From contig CAXXJJ010000004.1 in the NCBI GenBank assembly GCA_963667015.2, forward strand, positions 2,432,001 to 2,496,000: 64,000 nt of DNA, given 5' to 3'. This document shows, piece after piece, positions 49,331-59,152 of this stretch (positions within the stretch are counted from its first letter, which is position 1; every line of letters begins with the position of its first letter). The notes under the pieces were generated by a model. That model was given only the letters and a program-made list of their open reading frames with translations, had not been told where the DNA came from and did no database searches. Source of the stretch: Desulfatiglandales bacterium. GTDB taxonomy: Bacteria; Desulfobacterota; DSM-4660; Desulfatiglandales; HGW-15. Position numbers and translations under genes: made by a program.

Positions 49331-49353
49331 CTAATTATACAGAAAGAGAGGGC

Positions 49354-49740
49354 ATGATTATGGGTGGCCTTAAAACATTTGTAAAAAGTGTATTGTGGGT
49401 TGAATTGTCAGCTATTGTCGGTCTTCACATTTCGGGAGCGATACTTACATGGGTAGAAAATAATTATCGATGTAGAGAGACGTTTTTTACATACCGTATA
49501 CAGCACCTGGATTATTTACCTGCATGGTTTGCTTGTACATTGGTCCTTATGATAATTAACGGATTTTGGATGTTTCGTCTGGCAAATATTGAAGGGATGT
49601 TTTATACACCTCGCAGTAACGGTTGGGGGCAGTGGGGGGCTCAGCTCCCCATTAATCCTTTGCGGTTATTCGCTATAAATCTGATTGCTATCCCTCTTGC
49701 CTTAGTTTTATTTTTGGTTACACGTGCTAATTACTGGTAA
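49354..49740 (+). CDS. Three-TM membrane protein, last gene of the operon
   Basis: GAGAGG RBS; three hydrophobic segments. Confidence 0.7.
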   Translation: MIMGGLKTFVKSVLWVELSAIVGLHISGAILTWVENNYRCRETFFTYRIQHLDYLPAWFACTLVLMIINGFWMFRLANIEGMFYTPRSNGWGQWGAQLPINPLRLFAINLIAIPLALVLFLVTRANYW

Positions 49741-50243
49741 GTCGTTAATAGGGAGTATGTATTAAATTGGGTAGCACTATAGTGGCACACACTATGCAAT
49801 TAAAAAGGATTTTGAAGTATAAATAGGTCAAATCCCAATTTTGGCTAACACTATGTAATTACAGATTTATTTTATGATTTCCCTACTCTATCATCCATTA
49901 TTTGTAGTTTTACGAAGCAGTAAGTCCCATTGGCATGAAGCGGGACTGAGTGACCAACAGTAATCAACAGGTTATGGTTTTGTGAGTATAACCTTTAATA
50001 TTTTTTAAAAATATGAGTCAGTAAGGTGCTTCTCATAGGAAAGAAACCGTATTATTTTCAATAGTTGTTAAATCTGATAACAATATTTCCCCTTCCCTTT
50101 TCTACCATTAATATTAAATATATAAATGAATGCTATCTATGAAGCATTTTGGGCACTGAGTGCCCAAGAGGAACGAAAACCATGTAAAATAGACGAAAAA
50201 ACCCCTGATTACATTGAGTAAAATCAGGGGTCTCAGCATATAC

Positions 50244-50268
50244 TGGTAGTCCCAACGGGACTCGAACC
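50244..50268 (-). repeat. tRNA-Glu-like 3' end fragment (direct repeat of 29113-29131)
   Basis: TGGTAGTCCCAACGGGACTCGAACC; the first 19 nt are identical at 29113-29131. Confidence 0.75.
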
Positions 50269-50435
50269 TCTTTAATTAAAATAGTGATTATTATATCGAG
50301 ATATTAGGCTAAGTCTTTTATCCCCCGGCCATTTTATCAAGTGGCTAAATGACACCAAAATGCACACTATATGCACCCAAAACATGAAAAAATCCAAAAA
50401 ACAATTACAGTCAATCAGTAATAATCAAGCACAAA

Positions 50436-50469
50436 AAGGCTTTTGGGCTGTTAACAGCCCAAAAGCCTT
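50436..50469 (-). terminator. Hairpin/terminator downstream of tRNA-Arg
   Basis: AAGGCTTTTGGGCTG-TTAA-CAGCCCAAAAGCCTT with a T-run on the minus strand. Confidence 0.65.
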
Positions 50470-50518
50470 ATATTTATTATCTTTAGATCAATTAAAATTC
50501 TAAAAGACTTGATATCAA

Positions 50519-50595
50519 TGGCGCGCCCGGGAAGATTCGAACCCCCGACCTGCGGATTAGAAGTCCGCTGCTCTATCCAGCTGAGCTACGGGCGC
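50519..50595 (-). tRNA. tRNA-Arg (anticodon TCT)
   Basis: GCGCCCGTAGCTCAGCTGGATAGAGCAGCGGACTTCTAATCCGCAGGTCGGGGGTTCGAATCTTCCCGGGCGCGCCA; 77-nt cloverleaf with CCA. Confidence 0.97.
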
Positions 50596-50689
50596 AAAAG
50601 TGGGCTACTCATAACATATTATATTTCTGTTTTCCAATATTTTTTTTGTAAATAGCAGAAAACTTTTATGCCCCCTTTTATATACAGAA

Positions 50690-52096
50690 CTACATAAATA
50701 TATCCAGATCCGGCAGTGAGCCCCCCCTGTTTTCATTAATGAAATCGTATATTTTATCTTTGAGCTCTTTTTTGGCGCTTCCATTCAATACCTGATGCAG
50801 CAGAAAATTTGTATTCCTCTCAAGCTGCCCCATGGTATCGGCCAGGGCCTTTAACTGCAGCAATGCCTTGCGGGATTTCTCCTGACAGGGGATATGAAGT
50901 TCCGGATTTCCCAGGATACTGATCAGCCTGTCAATCAGGGAATCGTTCATGCTTTTTACTTCTTCATAAATAAGATTTGCCCATCTGTTTTTCAATTCTT
51001 CGGGCATTCCCCTGTAGCCGGTAATTATTTCCGGTTTTTTCCCGAACCGCAGGGCTCCCTTCAGTTCGGCAATAGTATTTGATACCAGCGCCCTTGTTTC
51101 ACTGTCTATTCCATTAATATTGAACAGTTCATTCCACTTTTCCTCTATCTGCATTTTCACCCAGTTTTCTCCCTGTGACGGAGGAAGGGAAAGCTCCACA
51201 AATCTGTCGTGGGCATTACGTAAGACTCCGACAGCCTCGCCATACTCATCTCCAAGATCATCAGTGATCCTGTTCAGCATATTGATAGCGGTTGTCTTGG
51301 GATTTTCCAGATCCGAGTTTCTGATGAGCAGCGCTTCCCATTGTTCCCTCAGGGAGGCTACTTCCTGCTTTACAAGGGTGAAGATCAGTCCTGATTTTGT
51401 AATCGCATTTCTGAGTGAATCAGCCAGGATGTTGCAGGCATTCAGCCTGTCCCTGGAAAGGTCCTGCATGGCCTTCATCGAGTCCTGTCTGAGCTGGTAG
51501 CTTAAAAGCTCGGTCCCGAGCGAACGGGACAGTTTTTTAATTACCCTGGTCTCATGACTGTTCATCTTAATGGTATAGGGCCTGAAATGTATTTTTATAA
51601 CAGCTACTACCACGTAATCACTGTCTGCCCATATTGAATCACCAAAAAATTTTTTTGGATATTCGAGAGAGGAGTACATGTTAAGATTAAGGTCGGTCTT
51701 TCTGACGAGTACAGGCTCCATGTGCTGAAAATCTTCAAGCTCTGATTCGAGCTGAAGTCTTACGCTCCTGGAATCATTTGCCGGATCTTCAGAAGTCCAG
51801 CTTTTCTGTCTTTCGACACACCAACCCATGGCTTCAAGCGGCCTGCCCGGTTCATCCCTGTAATCAAGCCATGGTTTTCCCGGTGAAGTATAGCCGGAAT
51901 GGGAAGACATGCCCCATTCTATTTTTTCACGAAAGTCGTCAATAATGCCCGAGGTAATTCTTTCCACCTTTAATTCGGGTATCTTACCGACTTTATATAT
52001 GGTGCCTTTAAAGGCATTCGGGAGACAAACGAATATAGTTTCAATCATCTCCATACATGCTTTCTTAAGGACAGATTCATCTATCTCAATTGACAA
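50690..52096 (-). CDS. Conserved hypothetical protein
   Basis: 468-aa ORF with host-like composition; no recognised motif. Confidence 0.7.
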   Translation of the reverse strand: MSIEIDESVLKKACMEMIETIFVCLPNAFKGTIYKVGKIPELKVERITSGIIDDFREKIEWGMSSHSGYTSPGKPWLDYRDEPGRPLEAMGWCVERQKSWTSEDPANDSRSVRLQLESELEDFQHMEPVLVRKTDLNLNMYSSLEYPKKFFGDSIWADSDYVVVAVIKIHFRPYTIKMNSHETRVIKKLSRSLGTELLSYQLRQDSMKAMQDLSRDRLNACNILADSLRNAITKSGLIFTLVKQEVASLREQWEALLIRNSDLENPKTTAINMLNRITDDLGDEYGEAVGVLRNAHDRFVELSLPPSQGENWVKMQIEEKWNELFNINGIDSETRALVSNTIAELKGALRFGKKPEIITGYRGMPEELKNRWANLIYEEVKSMNDSLIDRLISILGNPELHIPCQEKSRKALLQLKALADTMGQLERNTNFLLHQVLNGSAKKELKDKIYDFINENRGGSLPDLDIFM

Positions 52097-52238
52097 GATC
52101 CAATACCTTTATCCTATTCATATTCAAGACGAATAAGCCCTTCTTTATTAAAAAAGTCAATTTATTTTTTATTTTTTTGTTCGGTGAAAATTTAAAATGG
52201 TACTTGACATCAATGACCAATGGGGTAAAACATCAACT

Positions 52239-53105
52239 ATGCATGAAAACAGCCTTCAATTTGATTTTCTGCCTGAATTGAATGATCCGCTTCTTATCAC
52301 GGGTTTCAGCGGATGGGGCAATGCCCTAGATATCTCCTGGGGGATAGCGGATTTTATTATCCGGAAACTGGATGCAAAGGTATTCGGCCATATAATTCCT
52401 GACCAGTTCTACTCCTTTGATGAAAAGCGCCCCACTGTAGAGATCAAAGACGGAATCCTTCAAAAGGTGGAACATCCCGGAGGATCTTTTTATATATCAA
52501 ACCCCGATGAAAGCTCCCGGGACATCATTATATTCAGGGCAGTTGAACCCAGCCTGAGATGGCTTCACTTCTCGGATATTGTTTTATCTGTATGTGAAAG
52601 ATTTGGCGTTAAAACCATCATATGTATCGGCAGCGTATTTGATAATGTGCTGCATACAGATAATGTAATATCGGCGCTTGCCTCTGATAATACCCTTCTC
52701 AATACACTGGATAAAGAGGCGGTGAGATACGCCAACTATACCGGGCCGGGGGGGATACATTCGGTTATAAGCCATGAAGCGCAAAAAAGGGGATTTGATT
52801 TTATCAACCTCTGGTGCCACTGTCCCCAATATCTCCAGGGAACAACACATTTTGGCATGCTGTGCAAGCTCGGTAACCTGATCTCCCGGATCGGCGGCTT
52901 TGATCTGGAAACAGATGAACTGGAAATAACCTGGCAGGAGGTAAGCAGGCAGATTCAGGATATAATCGATAAAAACCCAGAACTCAAGGGCATGATTGAT
53001 AACCTGAAAAAGGAGTCAAGGAAGGACTCAGAGGAAAACCGGGATAAACACGGCAAGATAATAAATTTTGACCGTTTTCAGAAAAATCAAAAAAGGAAAC
53101 ATTAA
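52239..53105 (+). CDS. PAC2 (proteasome assembly chaperone-like) family protein
   Basis: LITGFSGWGNA, FYSFDEKRP, EPSLRW, YTGPGGI, CPQY. Confidence 0.8.
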   Translation: MHENSLQFDFLPELNDPLLITGFSGWGNALDISWGIADFIIRKLDAKVFGHIIPDQFYSFDEKRPTVEIKDGILQKVEHPGGSFYISNPDESSRDIIIFRAVEPSLRWLHFSDIVLSVCERFGVKTIICIGSVFDNVLHTDNVISALASDNTLLNTLDKEAVRYANYTGPGGIHSVISHEAQKRGFDFINLWCHCPQYLQGTTHFGMLCKLGNLISRIGGFDLETDELEITWQEVSRQIQDIIDKNPELKGMIDNLKKESRKDSEENRDKHGKIINFDRFQKNQKRKH

Positions 53106-53852
53106 TCAATACCCATCAATTGCCTTAATAAGCCCTGTTATTATCTTCCCTGCTTCACCCTCAAGAAAAATATCCGTAAGCTGATCGGTCAGCCATGTTT
53201 TTTCTTTATTTATCTCTATGATCTTTGCCCTGTTTCTGGTTGCCAGGGAAGGAATGGTACTGGCGGGTGAGACCTGGGCCGATGTCCCTATGACAAGCAA
53301 TATTTTTGCCTCAGAAGCAAGCTGGAAGGACATATCAAGTGTTTCTTGAGGGATATCCTCACCAAAATATATGACATCCGGCTTCAGTATCTGACCGCAT
53401 TCGCATGTCGGGAGATATTCATGTCTTTTTTCAGCCATAGTATATCTCCTGCTGCAGAACAGGCATGACAGTGTACCCGAATTTCCGTGGAATTCAATGA
53501 CGTTTTTAGCCCCGCCATCCTGGTGGAGATTATCGATATTCTGTGTGATTATATATTGGAGCAGTCCCTTTTGCTCCAGGATACCAAGACCGATATGGGC
53601 GGGATTGGGTCTTGCCTTCACAACAAGGGCATCCATTTCCCTCAGCATGTTCCACACCTCGGCCGGATCAGCTAAGAAGGCATCTATTGCGGCATACCGG
53701 GCAGGATCATACCTTGTCCATAATCCGTTCTTTCCCCTGAAATCAGGGATGCCCGATTCAACAGATATTCCCGCACCTGTAAGGGCAATAACAGGTTTTG
53801 ATCGGGTAATTATCTCTGCGGCCTGTTCTATCCGGTCATTCAAATCTGGCAA
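53106..53852 (-). CDS. cobB: NAD-dependent deacylase (sirtuin)
   Basis: TGAGISVESGIPDFRG, ITQNIDNLH, FHG, KPDVIYFGE, IGTS. Confidence 0.93.
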   Translation of the reverse strand: MPDLNDRIEQAAEIITRSKPVIALTGAGISVESGIPDFRGKNGLWTRYDPARYAAIDAFLADPAEVWNMLREMDALVVKARPNPAHIGLGILEQKGLLQYIITQNIDNLHQDGGAKNVIEFHGNSGTLSCLFCSRRYTMAEKRHEYLPTCECGQILKPDVIYFGEDIPQETLDMSFQLASEAKILLVIGTSAQVSPASTIPSLATRNRAKIIEINKEKTWLTDQLTDIFLEGEAGKIITGLIKAIDGY

Positions 53853-53944
53853 GTGGCACCTTTGGACTTAATCAACCCATAAGCATCAGCAAGGTGCCAA
53901 GGAGCGACCGAAAGCAACAAAGCAGATGACACCTTGATGATGAC

Positions 53945-54133
53945 TCAAGTTGCCTCCAGCATTATCCTGCTGTCAGAACCGTTATAACTTATTATCCTGG
54001 CCTTTATCTTTTTCTGTTCGCCAAAGATATTTATCAGCCTGATCTCATCACCCTCGACATCAAGCTGATCAACGTTTTCCATGATTTTGCTTTCCGTGCC
54101 TTCCTTTACTAGAAAGGCGTTAGCCTCACACAT
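53945..54133 (-). CDS. CooT family nickel-binding protein
   Basis: MCEANA start, IMENV, NIFGEQK; GAGGAGG RBS. Confidence 0.8.
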   Translation of the reverse strand: MCEANAFLVKEGTESKIMENVDQLDVEGDEIRLINIFGEQKKIKARIISYNGSDSRIMLEAT

Positions 54134-54155
54134 TTGAATTTACCTCCTCATACTG

Positions 54156-54356
54156 CTATTCAAGTGCCTTAAGGGCATTCTTAAGGCATTCGGTGCTTTT
54201 TTTATTCAGTTCAATCATTTCCCTGATATATGACGCACTCTCGGCCTTACCCTCACCAGCCAGCTGTTCCGCAAATTCCGAATAATCCTCAATATGGTGA
54301 TCGCTGTGCTCCACCCAGTGCTCAAGACGAATTTTAGCCTTTTCCAGAAAATCCAT
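54156..54356 (-). CDS. Small His-containing helical protein (probably metal-related)
   Basis: LEHWVEHSDHHIEDY; AGGAGG RBS; upstream of CooT. Confidence 0.7.
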   Translation of the reverse strand: MDFLEKAKIRLEHWVEHSDHHIEDYSEFAEQLAGEGKAESASYIREMIELNKKSTECLKNALKALE

Positions 54357-54397
54357 TCAAGTAACCTCCTATCGAAAATGACGTAATTATTTAATTT

Positions 54398-55144
54398 TTA
54401 CTCACTCAAAGGCAATCTTACTGTAAATTTTGCGCCCTTATTCTTTTCGCTTTCCAGGGACATTTTGCCGCCCATGTCCTCGACAAGAACAAGCACCCCG
54501 GCAAGACCAAGCCCATGCCCCCTTACACAGCAGTTCCTTTCATCTCCAAGCTGAAAATACTGCTCAAATATCTTCTCCTGGTATTCCTTTTCTATCCCTT
54601 TTCCATCATCCATTATGGAAGCGACAAGATTCATATTATCAATGGATACATCAAGGATTATTTCATTTTTCCTGTATTTCATGGCATTGCTTAAAAGATT
54701 CCTGAAGATCTGCCTCACTTTTCTTATATCCAGAAATAATTCTTCTGACCATACAGATTCATCAATATTAAGCTTTATATTGTGGACTTCAAGAATTCCC
54801 ACAAGATCGGTCAGGTTTTCAGACCTGCTTATTTTTTCAGCTGTATCAGGATCGATGAGGTCAAATATCTCAACAAAAGGAAATGTTATATATTCACAGC
54901 ATTTGAACCTGTCTTTATTAAATATGCCTTCGCATGATCTCCCAACTTCAAGGATATCATTTACAAGAGACATGGCTATCTTGGAATTTCTCAAGACCCT
55001 GCTCAAAACTCTTATCTGATACTCTGAAAGCGAGTTTTCCCTGTCTGCCTTCTTCATCAGGGAATCTACGCTTGCCTCAATGACTGCAATTGGATTTTTT
55101 AGATCATGAACCAATAATTCTGTTTTTACTCTGTTTTTATTCAT
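54398..55144 (-). CDS. Cytoplasmic histidine kinase (HisKA plus HATPase)
   Basis: VHDLKNP, NLLSNAMKY, DDGKGI, GHGLGL, GAKF. Confidence 0.9.
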   Translation of the reverse strand: MNKNRVKTELLVHDLKNPIAVIEASVDSLMKKADRENSLSEYQIRVLSRVLRNSKIAMSLVNDILEVGRSCEGIFNKDRFKCCEYITFPFVEIFDLIDPDTAEKISRSENLTDLVGILEVHNIKLNIDESVWSEELFLDIRKVRQIFRNLLSNAMKYRKNEIILDVSIDNMNLVASIMDDGKGIEKEYQEKIFEQYFQLGDERNCCVRGHGLGLAGVLVLVEDMGGKMSLESEKNKGAKFTVRLPLSE

Positions 55145-55312
55145 AACTGCCTTAAATCCGCCGGAGACGGATGATTTTTTAATTTTAGCCTGCGAAAACT
55201 CGCAGCATACTTCTTTAAGCTGTTTTACAGGGCAACAGCGGGCCTTAAAAGTTCGGTATCATTTATATTATACTGAACATAATAAAAATATTACCCTGTG
55301 TCCATCTATAAA

Positions 55313-56161
55313 TCACTTGAATACAACCCCGACATAACCGACAAAACTGCTGTTGGGCATTACATCATAACTTGTTGTATAGACAAGTTTTTTGCTCTCC
55401 ACTGCCCCGAGCACTTTAACGGCTGCTACCGCTGCAGAAACAGCCCCTCCGCAGCATGCATTTAAATTCCGGAGTGACTCGCCTGTAATGGCATTCGAGT
55501 CCATCCCCAGTATAAGATCCACCATTTTTTTATCATTATGATTTTTGACCCAGTCTACGGCATCCTGACCGGTACCCTTATCTGTATTGCCATAGTTGGG
55601 ACCATAATGGGTCAGATCGGTGGATCCCAGCACCTTGAGCCTCTGCCCCAGTTTTTTTGCAATTTCTGCTGTACGCTCCCCTATTTTTATGGATGAAATT
55701 GCGGGCGGCACGCCCATGGGCAGAATCTTCACATCAGGGAAAAAATATTTTATAAAAGGCAGCTGAAGCTCAATCGTGTTATCCGGTGAATATCTTGAAT
55801 CTGTCTCAATATTGAAATTAAATTCCGATATCAGATTATTTGCCATATCTTCTGCAACAGGCAGCTCTCCAAGGGGTGTATTCCATGCCCCTTTACTCAT
55901 TATATAATTACCGCTTCCGGGATGGAGATGCCTCCCGAACAGGGCAATCACATCAGGATCCGCACCTGTCTTCAAATACCTTATAACATTATACGCCACC
56001 CTGCCTGAATATACCCAGCCTGCATGGGGAAGTATACCGCCGAGCCAGTCGCCTTCCTGGGTTGAAACAGATGACTTTTCAAACTCTTTAAACATCCGGA
56101 GGCATTCTGATTCTGTTGCCGGATACCAGCTTCCTGCCAAATCAGGTTGTCTGACGCCCAT
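55313..56161 (-). CDS. AmmeMemoRadiSam system protein B (MEMO1 family)
   Basis: AGSWYP, PHAGWVYSG, TPLG, IELQLPF, STDLTHYG, VGY. Confidence 0.88.
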   Translation of the reverse strand: MGVRQPDLAGSWYPATESECLRMFKEFEKSSVSTQEGDWLGGILPHAGWVYSGRVAYNVIRYLKTGADPDVIALFGRHLHPGSGNYIMSKGAWNTPLGELPVAEDMANNLISEFNFNIETDSRYSPDNTIELQLPFIKYFFPDVKILPMGVPPAISSIKIGERTAEIAKKLGQRLKVLGSTDLTHYGPNYGNTDKGTGQDAVDWVKNHNDKKMVDLILGMDSNAITGESLRNLNACCGGAVSAAVAAVKVLGAVESKKLVYTTSYDVMPNSSFVGYVGVVFK

Positions 56162-56289
56162 TTTAATCTCTCCTCTTGTTGTTTAAGGAATATACAGAAG
56201 ATTATTTTATATATTTTTGCTCCTTGCGGCAAATACTCTTTTTTTATATAAGTCTTTTTCAGAAAAGGTAAATAACCGGAAACATAAAC

Positions 56290-56967
56290 ATGGCATGGAT
56301 AGAAAAATTAGAGAACTTCATTCCTGACAACCCAATGGATTTGGGGATAAGAGTAGCAGTGCTTTTATTTGCAGTGACAATCCATGAATACGCCCATGGC
56401 AAGGCAGCATTTTCACTGGGAGACCCAACAGCCAAAAATGCTGGAAGAATTACGCTCAACCCAATCCCTCATATCGATCCTGTAGGAGCAATCTGTCTTT
56501 TCTTAGCCGGCTTCGGGTGGGCAAAACCGGTTCCGGTTGATATCCGGTATTTTGCCAACCGGAGAAGAGATACAATTCTTATGGCACTGAGCGGCCCGAT
56601 TTCCAACCTCTCCGCCGCTTTTGTGACAGGACTTTTCATAAGGAGCTATTATCTGGAATCCGATTTTTACCGCACATTAATGCTATATCTTATTATTTTT
56701 AATACAGGACTGGGAATTTTTAATCTATTACCCATACCGCCCCTTGACGGCTCACATGTTATCGAAAACATTCTGCCGAAGTCTGTATCTGTAATATTCA
56801 GTAAATCCAGGCGTTACGTACCGGTTATCCTGTTAGGCGCGCTGGTTGTTGACAGGTTCTTAAACTTGAATATTCTCAGTACAATTATAGGTACTCCCAT
56901 ATTTGAAGTCGCCAGACTTTTCGGGGGAGAAAACTTTACAAAACTGCTCAGCAGTTATCATCTTTAA
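56290..56967 (+). CDS. Site-2 protease (M50 family)
   Basis: HEYAH, GWAKPVP, GPISN, FNLLPIPPLDG. Confidence 0.92.
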   Translation: MAWIEKLENFIPDNPMDLGIRVAVLLFAVTIHEYAHGKAAFSLGDPTAKNAGRITLNPIPHIDPVGAICLFLAGFGWAKPVPVDIRYFANRRRDTILMALSGPISNLSAAFVTGLFIRSYYLESDFYRTLMLYLIIFNTGLGIFNLLPIPPLDGSHVIENILPKSVSVIFSKSRRYVPVILLGALVVDRFLNLNILSTIIGTPIFEVARLFGGENFTKLLSSYHL

Positions 56968-58310
56968 ACAGAAAGATTTGAGATTAAATCGGATATTCCT
57001 TCAACCACTTCCGGTAGCTGACCGGATTTTATACCAATCCTTTCAAGGCGTTCATGAAATGAATCCGTATTAATCCTTTCAAGTTCCTGGCCGACGATAA
57101 ACCGTGACATTAAGAGGTCTGCAAAATAGATCAGGTGGCTGAGCTCACTGTCATATTCAGCATCTTCCGGGCTGTGATGATACTTTATAACATCGATCAG
57201 ACGCTCCGGGAGTCCCCACATCTCAGCGAGTTTACCGCCCACATCTGTGTGATCCAGGCCGAAGATCTCCTTTTCCACATTGACAAGGGTTTCATTCCTT
57301 TCCTGGGTTCTTCTGTAAAACATTGGATATGCATTGTCCATAAACTGATCCAGGGCTATTTTCCCAATATCATGTAAAAGCCCTGCGGTATAGGCAATAT
57401 CACTTGATATTTTCCTGTTATATGATGCCAGCTTTTCAGCTATCAGGGCTGTTCCAACTGCATGCTTGAAAAGTCCGCCCTTGCACAGTGAATACCCTCC
57501 TGTTTCACTCTTAAAAAAACCTTCCATTGAGGCTGAAATAACCAGTTGCAGAAGGCGTTTTTCTCCAAGGACAACCAGTGCCCTGTCAATACTGTCTACA
57601 TTGCTGTTCTGTTTGAAATAGGCGGAATTACACAACCTGATTATCTTGGCGCTTATTATTTGATCCTGCTTTATTTCAGCACCAAGATCATCCATATTGT
57701 AAGCATCATCCTTGATCATCCTTAATAATTTAAGGGCAATCTGAGGTATTGGTTTCACTTCGGAGATAGCGGATTCGAGCTGTTGCATGGAAGGATACTC
57801 CACTGGTTCTGAATCTCTATCTTCAGGCACACTGATTGGTTTTATGGAACTTTCCCAGTTTGACAGGTTAAGGCTTAAGCAGCAGCAGAAATGTCCCCCG
57901 GTTTCACTTTTAACCACGGGAATATTTTCAGATTTCAGGATATTTTCAACTATCTCTGCTGTTCTGCCACCTATATCGAGGTTTAAATCAAGATCGGAAA
58001 CAGGACCTACAAGGGCTCCTCCTGCAATTGTCGCAACAAAATTACCCGGCTCTCCAAGCTCGGAGCGAAGGGCATTGATAAAAAGAGGCAGGCCAGTTTT
58101 TGCATAGTTTTCCATTCTTCCCAGGACACTCATTCCGGTGGGTTCAGGGAGGAGAATGTGCATAAGGCCTCCGAGGTTCTTTTTTTCATCAACCAGCGTT
58201 ATACCGACACATGTCCCGAGGTAGGCATCCAGCACCTCATTTTTATTGCTGCTTATCACAAAGGTACCTGATGGAACCGGTGTTCTTCGATACATTAAGG
58301 TTGTGCTCAT
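56964..58310 (-). CDS. CheD-HDOD fusion protein
   Basis: LGTCVG...HILLP (CheD); IIRLCNSAYF, AGLLHDIGK, DHTDVG..LAEMWGLP (HDOD). Confidence 0.88.
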   Translation of the reverse strand: MSTTLMYRRTPVPSGTFVISSNKNEVLDAYLGTCVGITLVDEKKNLGGLMHILLPEPTGMSVLGRMENYAKTGLPLFINALRSELGEPGNFVATIAGGALVGPVSDLDLNLDIGGRTAEIVENILKSENIPVVKSETGGHFCCCLSLNLSNWESSIKPISVPEDRDSEPVEYPSMQQLESAISEVKPIPQIALKLLRMIKDDAYNMDDLGAEIKQDQIISAKIIRLCNSAYFKQNSNVDSIDRALVVLGEKRLLQLVISASMEGFFKSETGGYSLCKGGLFKHAVGTALIAEKLASYNRKISSDIAYTAGLLHDIGKIALDQFMDNAYPMFYRRTQERNETLVNVEKEIFGLDHTDVGGKLAEMWGLPERLIDVIKYHHSPEDAEYDSELSHLIYFADLLMSRFIVGQELERINTDSFHERLERIGIKSGQLPEVVEGISDLISNLSV

Positions 58311-58373
58311 GAGCTGTTTTCCTTTGCCTGGTAATTTTTAGTGAAAATCAATCTACTAATAATGTTAATTTTA

Positions 58374-58389
58374 AGCAAGATTTATGCCT
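58374..58389 (-). promoter_or_regulatory. Sigma54 -24/-12 promoter for the cheD-HDOD gene
   Basis: Minus strand AGGCATAAATCTTGCT (GG-N10-GC). Confidence 0.55.
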
Positions 58390-58448
58390 GAATCCTGAAA
58401 AAAATAATGCTATATTTTCAGTAAAAAGGTAAACACAACAGGCGTGGT

Positions 58449-58638
58449 TTAGCTAGTTTCCATCCATAAACGGCTCTTTTTCACAATCTCTGCGTCAATC
58501 TGCGGAATGACTTGTGCGATGTACTAAAGTACATCTCCGCGCTATTCCTTGATTTCCTTGATCTTGTAAAAAATATCTCGTTTATGAATTGGAAACTACT
58601 TAGTGCCTCAAAACTGTTTATGGATGGGCACTAGCTAA
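58449..58638. mobile_element. MITE-like non-coding element of about 190 bp
   Basis: Terminal inverted repeats TTAGCTAGTTTCCATCCATAAAC and GTTTATGGATGGGCACTAGCTAA; internal palindrome GATGTACT-AA-AGTACATC. Confidence 0.65.
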
Positions 58639-58705
58639 ATAAATTTAATATGTTATTACCTGATATGAACCGATAATTATTACTCCTAATTATGCACATA
58701 CTGCC

Positions 58706-59152
58706 TTAAATTACCAAAAACCGGACATCCTCTAAAGGCAATTGAGACCTTACTTTACCCTTTATTAAAAGACCCAGCCCAAGTATCTGACCATTTAATG
58801 ATAATATTACATAACCATTATCAAGATCATCATCAAAAGGCAGATGCTCTCCACTTAACAGCATTTTAAGCTGCTCTGAACCGATATTAAAGACTGCCCT
58901 GGTTGCCATATGACCAAAATACTGAATAATTCTGGTTGTGGGCTTTACAAAACTGCCAACCTCCTGAAATGCCTTTATTCCGAGTCTTTTTATCTTTAAA
59001 TGAGATATCTCTGATAACAACTGACTTTTTCTTAGAAACCAGAATGTCCTTTTCTTGGCATACATAAGATAGTCATCAAAGTTTTCGGTAGAAATCCCGA
59101 ATCTTTCATACATATATGCAAGCAAAGATGTACGTTCATCCTCTTTTGCCAA
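58706..59152 (-). CDS. Hypothetical protein (PUA/Nip7-like partner of the RsmB-type methylase); start uncertain
   Basis: ERFGI, KPTT..IQYFG, GYVIL...LGLG; overlaps the methylase stop. Confidence 0.6.
   Translation of the reverse strand: MAKEDERTSLLAYMYERFGISTENFDDYLMYAKKRTFWFLRKSQLLSEISHLKIKRLGIKAFQEVGSFVKPTTRIIQYFGHMATRAVFNIGSEQLKMLLSGEHLPFDDDLDNGYVILSLNGQILGLGLLIKGKVRSQLPLEDVRFLVI

Larger units (their letters stand above)
27449..50563. mobile_element. Genomic island of about 23 kb integrated at tRNA-Arg(TCT); no integrase seen
   Basis: Flanking direct repeats of the tRNA 3' end; visibly AT-rich interior; IS630, gene remnants and accessory operons. Confidence 0.8.

Noticed and set aside
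49783..49798. Sigma54-like motif TGGCACACACTATGCA
   Set aside because: No downstream gene; it is part of local CACTAT repeats near the island end and is more likely chance or a recombination-related site.
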